From a virus (taxonomy: Duplodnaviria; Caudoviricetes), in the IMG/VR virus record IMGVR_UViG_3300036852_000142, positions 1 to 63,790 of that record: a stretch of DNA of 63,790 nt, one strand, 5' to 3'. Of the stretch, positions 1-11,400 are shown piece by piece. Each line of letters opens with the position of its first letter. The first letter of the stretch is position 1. The notes below the pieces were generated by a model. That model was not told the origin of the DNA, made no database searches, and worked only from the letters and a program-made list of their open reading frames with translations. The position numbers and the translations under genes were made by a program.

Positions 1-127
1 GCCGAAACCGAAATGATCGCCAAGTTGCTCCGTGAACAGGAGCGCGATGGTTGGCGAGTCGAAACCAATATCGAGAATGTGCCGAGCGAAACAGGTCAGT
101 ACGCCTTGCGAGACGGTCTCGCTAGTA
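1..127. repeat. Terminal direct repeat, copy 1 (circular-assembly overlap)
   Basis: gccgaaaccgaaatgatcgcc...ctcgctagta is identical to 63664-63790. Confidence 0.95.
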
Positions 128-378
128 AGGGATGGGGTGTTAGTTGGAACATGCGGAAGTCCATTGAGCAATCCTCATGGTTCAATAACATGAAGCGCCC
201 GATCTTCATGTGGCTTCCTGATACCGATGGGAGCGCAGCACTATGGCTCGACAATAAAATTCGCTGCTCGCGCTGCGAGGGTAAGCCAATTATCGATCTG
301 TTTGAAATAGACATTCACAACCGCGAAGTCCACGGGGATCTAGAAGATTTGGACTGTTGCGAACATTGTTGGCATTGA
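13..378 (+). CDS. Hypothetical protein; probably starts across the circular junction (GTG at 63643)
   Basis: In-frame GTG AGC AAT TCA GAA ATA CAA GCC GAA ACC GAA ATG across the repeat; CxxC motifs. Confidence 0.55.
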   Translation: MIAKLLREQERDGWRVETNIENVPSETGQYALRDGLASKGWGVSWNMRKSIEQSSWFNNMKRPIFMWLPDTDGSAALWLDNKIRCSRCEGKPIIDLFEIDIHNREVHGDLEDLDCCEHCWH

Positions 379-379
379 A

Positions 380-739
380 GTGATCCACAACTCCACTTTA
401 TCCCGCTCTACACCTATGAAGCGCAGCGGAAGGCTGCGGCCTAAGAAGGTCTATTTGTTCGTAGGCAAGAAGACGAGAGCCTGGGTCAATGCCCGCGCCA
501 GGTTAAAGAAGAAGTTTGCGGCAATGGGGATCACGACCTGCGAGTTGAAGTACCCAGAATGTACACACGATAACTTTTTGTCCTTTGCTCATGGAAAAAA
601 GCGGCGTCATTTAGTAGGCGATGAATTAGAAACTCTCGTTTGTTTGCTCTGCCAAAATTGCCATTCCAGAATAGAACAAATGCCAGAGGCCGCGATGGAA
701 GCGATTGTTAGGAGCGTGATAGCGGAAAGAGCCATGTGA
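380..739 (+). CDS. Small Zn-binding HNH/NinG-like protein
   Basis: CELKYPEC...FAHGKKRR...LCQNCH pattern. Confidence 0.5.
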   Translation: MIHNSTLSRSTPMKRSGRLRPKKVYLFVGKKTRAWVNARARLKKKFAAMGITTCELKYPECTHDNFLSFAHGKKRRHLVGDELETLVCLLCQNCHSRIEQMPEAAMEAIVRSVIAERAM

Positions 740-1383
740 TGACACTAACTGTGGAATCAATCAAGGAGATGCTGAAGAAGATTACGCCCGATTGGAAATT
801 AGAGCGTTCAGAAGGCTCAGACATTTGCAAGATCGTGGTAGGGAACGGGCGTTGGCGCGATTTCGAGCACCATCTACCAGAGAACGCTGAGTTCATCATC
901 GCCTCACCCACTATTGTCCGATACCTACTGGAGAGGCTGGAAGAAGCGGAGCGTGAGAAAGAAGAAGTCAATGGTCATATCGAGGGCTTGCTACGGCGTC
1001 TATCAGACACGCAAGGTCAACTTGACAAATGGAAAGGCCGGGCAAAGGCATTCCATGAAGGCTATCTCGATAAGGCATTTGAAGTGACCGCGCTTGAAAT
1101 TCAGAAGCTAGACCTCCAGGCGCACGGTGTTGATAAAGTGACGGCTCGCGTCAACGAGTCACTAAAAACAAAGATGCTGGCTGCGTGTATCGAGCGCAAC
1201 GAAGCAAGGGAGCAAGTCGCCGAACTCCGCTCCCAACTCTCTGAAGCAAGGGCTGAGATTGAACAGTTGCGAGAGTTAAGTTATGCGGTGCTTCCGAATT
1301 GTCTTTACGATCAACTACTGATCAGCGCGGCCTATACAGCTTTCTTAAAGCTGCTGCTACAGAAGGAGATGAGTGATGGCTAA
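736..1383 (+). CDS. Coiled-coil phage hypothetical protein
   Basis: NAEFIIA motif of phage early proteins followed by a heptad-rich region; overlaps the upstream stop. Confidence 0.55.
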   Translation: MMTLTVESIKEMLKKITPDWKLERSEGSDICKIVVGNGRWRDFEHHLPENAEFIIASPTIVRYLLERLEEAEREKEEVNGHIEGLLRRLSDTQGQLDKWKGRAKAFHEGYLDKAFEVTALEIQKLDLQAHGVDKVTARVNESLKTKMLAACIERNEAREQVAELRSQLSEARAEIEQLRELSYAVLPNCLYDQLLISAAYTAFLKLLLQKEMSDG

Positions 1384-2880
1384 GACAAGAATGTGCAAAC
1401 TGCCCGACCATGATGTTTTTGAGTTGATTTGTGGCTATCCGCTCCCGTGCCCGTGGCATGATAAAGCGACTTGGCTTGATGAGTTATTCGCTGATTGTAG
1501 AGAAGGTAATCACGGAGAATGTCTATTCCAATGGCCTAATCCACTACTGACCTGTGACTGTCCATGCCATAAAGAATCTTGGGATGCAGGTTACATCAGG
1601 CGGGCAAAGGAAAAAGATGAAAAAGAGCGCAACGATGAGTCCGAAGGACAGCAACCATGAGTAAGCCAGAGAAAGCACCTGAGAAGATTTGGATCACCTG
1701 GGATGACAGGTATGCGTGGGACATTCCTGAGACGGGCGGAACTGAATATGTTCGTGCCGACCGCACCTACGCAGACGGAGTAAGAGACGCAATGAAGGTC
1801 TGTAATGACGTGGAGGCGGAATGGCTAAAACTAGCGCAAGGTAGTCTACCAGATGATGACGTTCAAGGATATTTTCGCGGGGGTCAACATGGAATCGCGG
1901 AGGCGGTCAAACAAATCCGCGCCCTGCTTCCTGCTGACGTAGTAGAGGAGAAACATCTCACTAATGCTGCCGAAGTGGAGAAATAAAAATGAAACCGTTT
2001 CATTGGCTTTGGTGCGTACTTATTGCTGGGCACAATTGGAGCGATGCTGGCGATTGGTTTATGTGTTGGCGTTGTAAGAAGCTGGTAAAACTCCCATCGT
2101 GGAAATGAAACGACAGTATTCCAAAGAAGAGTTGGAGGCGCTGCCATTTCGCCCGAGCAAGGACATGGAGCGAAAAAAAGCAGAGTGGAAAAGGAGACTC
2201 TCCGAATCTAAACGGAGGCGTGATGCTCGAAAGCGGCTTAAAACCGAAGGAGAAAACGATGGCAAATAGAAAACGTGGTAAGAACAAAGAGTTCAGATGC
2301 GACACGATTGATGAACTGCGTCGCGCTTTCGATGAAATCAAATCCGTGGTCGCGGGCGACACGCGGTTTATGGCACAAGCCCTAATGTTTCTTGCGGAGC
2401 GATCCGTGGTGAGCATTCCGCGCGTTCAGCGCAAGCCTACCGAATGGCAACGATTCTTCGCTAAAGGCATGAAGGCCGGTAAGAGTCCGGCCCAGATTGC
2501 CGAAGAGTGGCGTACACGGCCACGTCTGCGGAAGGCGGGTTAACAAATGCCGCGCAGACCGTCACTGATCGATCTTGAGAGGCAATGCCAAGTAACGCTC
2601 ATGCTTCTTCCCTACGTTGCGGGGTTACCATTCCTAAATGATGAAGCAATCGCCAGAGTGTTTGGGCAAACAATGGCGATACGTAACTGGCTGGATGCAA
2701 TCCCGACCATCCCGACTCTGCCAGAAGTGATCCTGCAAAAGCATCGTCGAACTAAGGAAGAACAGCGGGCTCACTGGCGAGAGAAGAAACGAGAAGAACG
2801 AAGGCAGAAACGAGCACGTGAATATTTTGAACAACTCGAAAGCCTTGGATACAAAGTTATAGTTGAGCCACAGAAGTAGC

Positions 2881-3294
2881 GAGCAGTCGTAAAACCGAAG
2901 GAGAGGTGAATGATGACTAAAGAGATGGATAACTTAAACATTGAGCTAGTCCATGTTGATGTAGAGCCATTTCATGGCGTTCATAAGAACGACTTAGTGT
3001 GTTGGCCCGGCCGTAGCAAAAACTGTGGAAGACCAAGGGAATGGGCTGTATTCCATGATGAAAATGAGGCGAAAGCCTCCTTCGACTATCTCACCTCCAT
3101 TTACATTGGAACGTGCTCTGAACACTTACCGCTGGCTTTACACTATCACCCAACTGCGTTGAATTACATACGACCATATCCCGGCCATATCCCTACCACT
3201 CAAAAGGACGTTTGAGCCGCGGAAGTAGAAACCGAGATTTGACCTTCGCCCCCAAGGGTGAGCAGTCGTAAAACCGAAGAAGAGGTGAATGATG
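2881..3294 (+). repeat. 35-bp direct repeat containing RBS and start codon (2881-2915 and 3260-3294)
   Basis: gagcagtcgtaaaaccgaag(g/a)agaggtgaatgatg, one mismatch. Confidence 0.85.
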
Positions 3295-4349
3295 GAAGAA
3301 CAGCTTAGAATTATTTCTTCACAACTATTGGTTATTCAGTTCGTGTTGGGCGTTCAGTTAATTATCGTCGCTGCTTTACTAGCAGGCATCCGCAAGGCTC
3401 TGACCACTTAGAAGGGAAGTAACGCCTTCGCTTCTTCCAAAGGGGGCAGAGGGAAAGGAGAAAAATGATGGGAATGAAATTTTCAGAGGACCATGGTCAT
3501 CTATACGACGTAGTAGCCGTCAGTCTTGATGACCATAGTGTTATTTGGGTTGAGGAAAAGAAGACTCTACCTAATGCGGAGGCGGTTGTTGCAATGGCCG
3601 TGATGCGGCAAGGCGTTGAGGATAGGTTCTTTGTGCCAGTAGCCGCAGGGCAATACAAGGAAGGTGATAATTATATCGGCGAGATCAAGAAGGAGAATTG
3701 AAAATCTCTCCGCTCGCACGGCGGAGATAGGGAGGAAGCTTGCGGCGGTCATTGAGGGTGGTAGCCGTCAACGGTGCATGGGCGTTGGATGATTGAGCAG
3801 TACAACGAATGTCCAGCCAAGCGACCTGAGCCGCCGCAGTTCTCTCTTCTCTTTTGAAGGAATGGGAAAGGAAGCGATGAGAAATTATCTATTAGCCTTT
3901 GGCGGCGTGTTTTTTACCGTGTTATCTGCGAGTACGTCGATAAGTATCGTGCTCAAGAATTACGGACTTTATGAGGACGTCTCAAGGCCCGTATTGGCAT
4001 TGCTGTGCTTTGTTTGGATGCTTTTGGCAGCGTTGTGTTTCGGTTCGCTGACCACCGCGCAGCAGAGGAAGGAGTAAGAGTATTTTGATTTGGTAAATAT
4101 GAAGCTGGTTACGCAGCAAGTGGCATCTCAACGAGACAGACAAGCAGAAGAAGAAACAGCGAAAGCGGAATGCGTACGTCGCTGGCCGACTCTTAACCTA
4201 CGCTGCGAGGCACGCTACTACAACGGGAAGGTTGAGGGCTACGTTATCATGCAGGACAAGTTGGACTACGGTCGTCCGCGGTCGGTTGGTTATGGCAAGT
4301 CTGCGTCCGATGCTTGGCGTGATGCTCTTGGGCGGTTGGATGACTAAGC

Positions 4350-5020
4350 AGCCTTCAACGTGAAATGAAAACCAAGAATCTTTGTTACGATCAAGGTAAA
4401 GCAGGAAAAGAACTCGCTACCGGATCGGGTTTGAACTCTCCGAGCCGCGAAGCGACGGAGTAACTTGAATGGAGGGGAGGTTGCGGTGAAAATTAGTGAA
4501 CAGGCCAAGCGCCTTGAGAACGACGGGCAACTAGACGACGCGGTTGTTTGCTACTGGAAGGATGAAGACGGGCTTTGGTGGGTGTACCTTCCATATTGCG
4601 GCTCGGGCGTCATATCGAAACATACAACCGAGGAACATGATGACGGAACGATCAGCGTTACACCTTCCATCTTAATGACAGGGCATAACCACGGCGAGCC
4701 CGTTACAAGGCACGGTTATCTTACTAAAGGCGTTTGGAACGAATGCTGACAATTTAGGTTATGGCAAAGCTAATCAACAACAAGGTCTATCTATCACCGT
4801 TCGAGGCAAGCGCAGTGCTGGGAATTAGCTACAAGACGTTAGAGCGTTGGGTTGACGCTGGGGGCATGAATGTATGGGCACAACAAGGAGCGCGGCGGAA
4901 GAGAGTTTGGAAACGCCTTGCTATAAAGCGAATCGTGACGCCGACCGGCTATCGGCTTTACGAACAAGCGAGCATTGATGCGTTACGAAATTCGTTTGAG
5001 AAGCCTTCAACGTGAAATGA
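4350..5020 (+). repeat. 19-bp exact direct repeat (4350-4368 and 5002-5020)
   Basis: agccttcaacgtgaaatga at both gene junctions. Confidence 0.85.
4761..5015 (+). CDS. MerR/excisionase-type HTH DNA-binding protein
   Basis: LSPFEASAVLGISYKTLERWVDAG...TPTGYRLY. Confidence 0.7.
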   Translation: MAKLINNKVYLSPFEASAVLGISYKTLERWVDAGGMNVWAQQGARRKRVWKRLAIKRIVTPTGYRLYEQASIDALRNSFEKPST

Positions 5021-6436
5021 TCGCAAACTTAATACGTGGAAAGCCACGGTTCTTTGCAACCTAAAACTTAAATTCTTGAATTGAGGGTTTGTATGTCCAC
5101 TAATTCAGTAGAAGCTATCAGAGAGCGACGGGCGAATAACTACGTCAAGATAGCACGAGCAAGTCACTACGCCACTGTAATGCTGGGCGACATCGGTTAT
5201 CTTCTCTCTGCTTTAGAAGCAGCACAGCAGGAGAATGAACGGCTGCGAAAATGGCAGGCAGGTTTGCAGGCTACAACGCTTTCCACGCGCAAGCGAAAGC
5301 GGTAATAATCGGGCTGTTGGAAGCGATGAAAGGAAAGTAATGTCCACCAATGAAGAAGATAGAAAGAAGGCCGCAGAGATTCTGCTTGCCAATAATTTGC
5401 CAACACGATTTACGGAACGGCATGTCTCCGCACGCAATAAACAATTAGCTGAGGACATCGCCGCTGCCCTTTCAGAAGCCCGCAGCCAGCAACGAGAGGT
5501 AGGTAGACAAATGTTAGCCGCTGAATTATTGGGTCATCTGGATCGTACAACCAGCACCACGGCGGCGTTCCATTTAATCAAGAGTCTTTGTCAGGTTGAG
5601 TTGGGACTTGAACCGAATTCGTTAGGAGTGGTGATTGAAGAAGAAGCGCACAACAACGGTTGAGATTATTGAAATCCCGCTTGAATTCGACGGCGCAATG
5701 AACGTTGCGTGGAAACGGGCACGGCAACTCAGTTGGGGAATGCCACTCTTCATGCTGGAGGCAATGAAGCCGATGCTAGTTTCGATCTACATGCAAGGAT
5801 GCGTTGACGGCTACGAGGCGGCTATTCGCAGTGAAGGGAAAGGTTGAAAATGACTAAACCAAACGATTTTGTTTCTCAACTAGCACACGAGGCAGCAGAG
5901 AAGATCGTCGCTGCTTTGTACGCACCAACACGATTGCCAATGGCAGAACTCCAAGAGCAAGTCGCTTCCATTATCGAATCAGTCTTTGCTGGCTCTCACG
6001 TGCCCAATAGACAGAGTATCTTTCCAGAACCAATACCGACTGAACCTGCGAATACTTCAATTGTGACTCTGGAATCACATCAAACGTCGCGAAAAACTTG
6101 GCCATAGACAATTGTACATTCGAATCGTGAAAGGGTCAGTAAAAGTATCCAACTATATCTACGGAACAGATTTCTGTGCTTCCATAAGCTGCATTCGGTT
6201 AAGACGTGGTATATCTTTCCACCAAGTCCTTCAACCATTGGAGTTGTGACTCTACTGGCGAGTAATACGGGTGTGAAGCTTGGCTTATTTCACTCAAAAA
6301 GAACTTCCTATCTTCCTCTGTCATTTGGGCGTAATTTGGACGCAGTAATTCAATGCACCGCCGAGCATCTGCTGCACTTTCTCTGTCAACCACTATCATT
6401 CTGCGTTCCATATTATTTACCTCTCTCCTTAATCAT

Positions 6437-8443
6437 CTAATAGAAATATCCGAAAATATCTACCGTGCAGAATCTAGAACTGCCGTAAGCTAAGTCAGCT
6501 TGCACTTGAACTTTTGCCCCATTAGCAACTACTCGTGGTACATTACTGCCCGGATTTGATGTTAAGGCGACAAGGAAATGAGCTGCATTGTTAGCATTGG
6601 TTGTCGCCACCCCACCACCAAGAAATGTGCCACCAGCGCTCTCCTTGATATAAAGTGCGGTAGTTGAGCCACCGTTGAATACTCCAGATGAAATAGATCT
6701 AAACCGAGCGAAGGTAGGCACGAAATTCAGACCAGAATTATTAGTCCAAGCATCTTGAACAGTTCCTATATTCAAATTCATTTCAAAGCTGGCAACCAAA
6801 GTTTCAGCATATCGAGACACTTGTGAAATTTTGGCACGAAAAGCAATGCCATCCCAGACCTTCCCAACAGCTAATGTCGAATCCCAAACCTCGACACCAA
6901 CATGATCAGCCTCTTCGCCCGAGTAGAGGCCAGCAAGAATTGCAATCTGTGCGGTAGTCAGTCTCTGAGGCCAGCCAATCGAAGGCATTAAGTAACCAGG
7001 AGTACTAACACGGGTAATCGTGCCGCTGAGGGGGATAAGTACATTTGTATCATCCATGGCAACATAACGGAACTTCTGGGTGTCGTTGTCTATGAATATT
7101 GACCCGTTAGCGCCGTCCATGCGATTGCCGGTAAATATGAAACCATTCCCAGCTCCTCTCATTCGCACGGCTGTGTGCGTCACATTGGTGCCTACAGACA
7201 TATAACTATCTATTAAAGTAAGACCGTTGCCCCTCCACTCTATGCACACCCCACCATTAACATTGGCGTCCCACCAGCCGCAGTTTTCCAAGATCAACTT
7301 GTCAGCGTTAGCCCCCGCACCGGCGCCATCAAGCACACCCGATTCATTGACGCCACATGCTATACCTTGAGCTTTTCCACTAGCTCCCGGTTCAAACGTA
7401 AGGTTCTCCCCTTTCCAATGGATGCGGGGGTTAGCTATCGCATAATAATTATAAAGGCCGAACCACACATCATTGATCTTGTTATCATTAGAGTAATCGC
7501 CTCCGAAATTAGAGATACCGAAATTGGACCAATAGAATTGCCCATCACTGATTACCGCGCCATTCATGCGGGCAAGGTTTACTCCGCTTCGTGCGTTGAT
7601 TGCGCTTGGGAATGCGCCGCCACCGCCAATGAAGAAGTCATTAACTTTTAGGCCATAACTATGTCCACTTGGAGGATGGCCGATAACATCACCAGTGAAA
7701 CTTGAATGTGTGTAACGAATCTCGATCCCGTGGATTGTGAGGCTATCACTCAGATCATCATCAATCAGCGGGTTTGAACCGGAAACGTTGAAGATCAAAG
7801 CGGACTGTTTTCCACTTGGTGAATTTGTACGTCCACCACTTGTAGTAGCGCGAAGCTCCATTGACGATGTGCTGGTAAGATCTAACGATGAAGTTGAATA
7901 ATAGGCTCCTGGGCCAAGCTCAACCGTGACCGCGCCGATGGTTTTTGCCGCTGCAATTGCTGCTCGTAACGCGGTTCCGTTATCTGTGCCTGTTATGCCA
8001 TTCCAATCACCAACAGTACCCCACCAACAAGTGTGGATTACTCTTAATAAGTGATTGTCAACGAAAGACATTGTTCCTTGTGAGGCAAGAGCATTATAAA
8101 AAATCTTTCGCAGTGGCCAGTTAGAACCATCACTTAAAATTATCACTGTCTGCCCGGTAGTTATATTGAGCGAACCAGCCCCTACAAACTCCAGCGTCAA
8201 AGTTGTAGGGACTGTGACGTTTGCTCCATTAGGAAATAGAGAGGTAGAGATGCGAAGGGTCGAAACTGCCGATCCAATAGCTGTGATCGCGGCAGACAGA
8301 CTAGCGTAGGAAGTATCTCTGTAGACATTTGCGTCCAACCATAAAGAGTTATCTACCGCTAAAAGACTCTCTCTAAGTTGAGGAACCAGATTGTGAGGAT
8401 CGGCATCTGGAATGGGTATTGCTAAATTTGGAGTCGTATCCAT
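6437..8443 (-). CDS. Tail spike / receptor-binding protein with pectin-lyase-like beta-helix
   Basis: WWGTVGDWNGITGTDNGTALRAAIAA...VELGPGAY motif; Asn/Gly-rich; last gene of the tail module. Confidence 0.75.
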   Translation of the reverse strand: MDTTPNLAIPIPDADPHNLVPQLRESLLAVDNSLWLDANVYRDTSYASLSAAITAIGSAVSTLRISTSLFPNGANVTVPTTLTLEFVGAGSLNITTGQTVIILSDGSNWPLRKIFYNALASQGTMSFVDNHLLRVIHTCWWGTVGDWNGITGTDNGTALRAAIAAAKTIGAVTVELGPGAYYSTSSLDLTSTSSMELRATTSGGRTNSPSGKQSALIFNVSGSNPLIDDDLSDSLTIHGIEIRYTHSSFTGDVIGHPPSGHSYGLKVNDFFIGGGGAFPSAINARSGVNLARMNGAVISDGQFYWSNFGISNFGGDYSNDNKINDVWFGLYNYYAIANPRIHWKGENLTFEPGASGKAQGIACGVNESGVLDGAGAGANADKLILENCGWWDANVNGGVCIEWRGNGLTLIDSYMSVGTNVTHTAVRMRGAGNGFIFTGNRMDGANGSIFIDNDTQKFRYVAMDDTNVLIPLSGTITRVSTPGYLMPSIGWPQRLTTAQIAILAGLYSGEEADHVGVEVWDSTLAVGKVWDGIAFRAKISQVSRYAETLVASFEMNLNIGTVQDAWTNNSGLNFVPTFARFRSISSGVFNGGSTTALYIKESAGGTFLGGGVATTNANNAAHFLVALTSNPGSNVPRVVANGAKVQVQADLAYGSSRFCTVDIFGYFY

Positions 8444-11400
8444 TATGGCAAAGTTATCCTAACTGGAATTCCATCAGGTTGAGGCGATTTGCCTTTTTGG
8501 TAAATTTCGAGATTTAAGCTCGACTGTAAACTTCCGAAGTCTGCTAGTTGTTGCCTGCCAGCATAGATTGTACTCGGCAACAATGCTCCACCAGCGGTGA
8601 TGTTTCTGACAGAAAAAAAGTCATTCGTTTTTACTGTCAACCTCAAGGGGAATGGAAATGTTCCCGTGCCCGCTAAAATCAGTATAGGTTTTTGCCCTTG
8701 ATTTGGGTTGAAATTCACATAGACACGATATTCCGTACCACTGAGCAGGAAAGTGTATCGTGGTCCGAGTCTGATATAAGTAGTTTGGCCGTACAGAATT
8801 GGCCCAGCTCGACCAATATCAACATTGTCGCGAGTCCACACTATGACCCCAAAACTCTTATAAGTTTCCAACGCAGTTCCAGGTTGCGTACCTTCAGTCC
8901 ATTCTATTGATATTGGCGCATTTACCAATGTGGGCACGAATGGAGCGGTCGTATTGGTTCTCGTCTCCAAAGCAAGCATCGGGTTTCCGAAGTCATGCGC
9001 CCAGGCATTGGCTTGATCTACTAATTCAACGGTAGAAGGATTCTGGAACGTAAAATCGAACCGGGAGAATGTTTCAACCAACGGTTCCACGGTCATCGCT
9101 GTGACATTTCCGACTACATTATTTTTGTTGAAAGTGCCGGTTGTATAGCTGCCGGGCCAATTACCTTCCCAACTTTCTTCTGCAACTAATAGCTGAACCC
9201 CGTGATTGGTTCCAGTAGTTGCAGGTAGCGTGCGCTTTAGAGTGACGAATCCGCTGGTCCATACCCCTACGGCATATTGAGCGGGCTCTTCGTCAGGTTT
9301 TGGGTGACCTGTGAATTGTGTAAACCAATCACCACTACCATCCTTGCCTCCTGTTATGTCGCTAACCTTGCGCGGTCTCCAAGTGTTACCTGTCCATGTG
9401 AATGGAACGATGGCAGCGTCATCCAACGACTGCCCAGAGGTTACTGCCCGATAGTTATTTTCAATGTTTAGATCCTCAATCAGCAAAGGTACAAACCGGA
9501 CTGCCGCGTCCAGAAAGACAAACCGCTTTCCTGTAAAAGAATCCGCGACACGGTCTTCCGTATCCCGCAGGCCGTTTAATAAAGTAGTTAACTGCCAGCG
9601 GTTTGGATAGCCACCTAACTTAGTGGCAGTACCAAAGCGAAAGACCATATCGCCAGCCAAACCCGGATTAGCACCGTTAAGTACATCGGCTTTAGTAACG
9701 CTCGACAGACTCTGAGTCGTGTTGTAAAGATCAACGACAATCTTTCCGAGGTTAATGAAGTTGGTTCCTGTTCCATTTGAGGTGAGATTGATTGCCGTTC
9801 CGCCCAGCGTCGCTGCCAGCTTGAAAGTATCGCTTGACTTGTCGCGCACAAAATACGGCGTTCCAGCAACTAAAGGCGCGGGCAGAGCGCCTCCGGTATT
9901 ACCAACAGTCACTTCATTACCGTTAACTAATTGATTGCTAATGCTGGTCAGTAGATCCGTTGTCGAGTCTGCCGTGAATACGATGTCTATAACTTCCGGA
10001 TCGGGATAAAGATCCGAAGCACTAACAATTGTTCCCATCGTCCCTGGTAAATTAGACTCAGAGAGCTGATACCACTCATTGTTTCTTTCAATATCGAGTG
10101 CAAAGCCCGGCCACGATTGCCCAACGTTTGTACGTGGCGTGCCGACCATGTAAAACCCAACCCCATTGTTAGTTGTTTCATCGCCGTCTCGAAGCAGAGG
10201 TGTATCGAGAAACAGCGCAACGGTCATCGCCGGGATTGGAACTACAGGTTTTTCATAGGAGTAAGGATCTACAACTGCTGATTGATCGAACAATGGCTCG
10301 TCTAAAATAATTCCTTCGCACTCTCGTATTCCTATCCCACCTGAATCCTTTGCGTGCAGGATCGTATAAGTAAATCCATCTGATAACGTGGCGGTGAAGA
10401 TAGACCCAACATTGATCCATAGATGCTCCCAGGAAAGAACATACTTGCAGGGCTTTTCAGTGTAGCGGCGGTAGACCTCTTTTTGGGCTAAGGCTTGGGC
10501 TTCTTCGCGGGTTAAAGTCCACTGAAGATCCAAAGTGGCGCTATCTTCTCCAACGGTAATCTGTCTCCCATATCCCTGAAGTCCTGGCTCGCCATCTCGA
10601 TCGAGATCGACATACTTAACATCTACCCTTCTCACTAGATCGGTTTCGTTTGGCTCAATCGCGTCGATTAAGGTCAGCGGGCCATCTTGGGTTTCTTCAT
10701 CATCACTCCAAGCAAAATCTTTATCCGTTAGAGTGGCAACAGAAGTAAATGGGTACTTCGGTTTACCAACTAAGATCCCCTCTTGTTCTGCGTAAATGAC
10801 ATCGAAAGGAATTTCCGCCGACTGCATTGGTTCGCGCGCCTCGAACTTCGACCCCATGATTCTCAATCCCCGAGGTGTAATTGTCTCCAGAGCCGAAAAG
10901 TCATAATCCCCAGAGTCAATTCCTACCCGCGAACACATGAATGCGCACATTTGGGCCAGGTTCTTTATCGTGTCATGCTCTAAAAGCGCGATACGATTCG
11001 GAATTACGCCTCCCCAACGTGTTAGATAAAATGCTGAGTCAACCTCATAGCACCTGCCTCGATAAGCAGGAGTAGATCCAGCGCCATACTGAGCATCTAT
11101 TGCGGCCTCATAAGTAGGATCAGGGAGTTGAGTTGTGTTGCCAGGATAGATTGCAAACTGAGCGTTGCCACCATGATTTATTGTCCCTGTATCACCTCCA
11201 GTTGGCTCTCTATCCGGTAGTCCATTCCATCGATCAAACGGCACGTCATAATCGGTAGTTGGATCGGGCGGCAGCTCAGGATCGTAGGTTGTATCGGCGC
11301 CAATCGCCGGATCAAGCACCCCGGTTGTGCCTGTGGTGTGGCCAGGGAAAGCGTAAATCTTGTCTATTCCGACGTTGTAAGTTGAGGACTTGTTCTGAAT

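Larger units (their letters stand above)
1373..6107 (+). other. Cluster of small tightly packed early-type hypothetical genes (e.g. 1373-1660, 1657-1986, ~2259-2543, 2547-2879, 2910-3215, 3465-3701, 4090-4347, 4465-4749, 5635-5847, 5844-6107)
   Basis: Co-oriented short ORFs with SD motifs and overlapping stop/start codons. Confidence 0.6.

Noticed and set aside
1-127. Biological terminal repeat of the virion DNA
   Set aside because: The 127-bp length equals a common assembler k-mer and it falls mid-gene; more likely a circularisation overlap.
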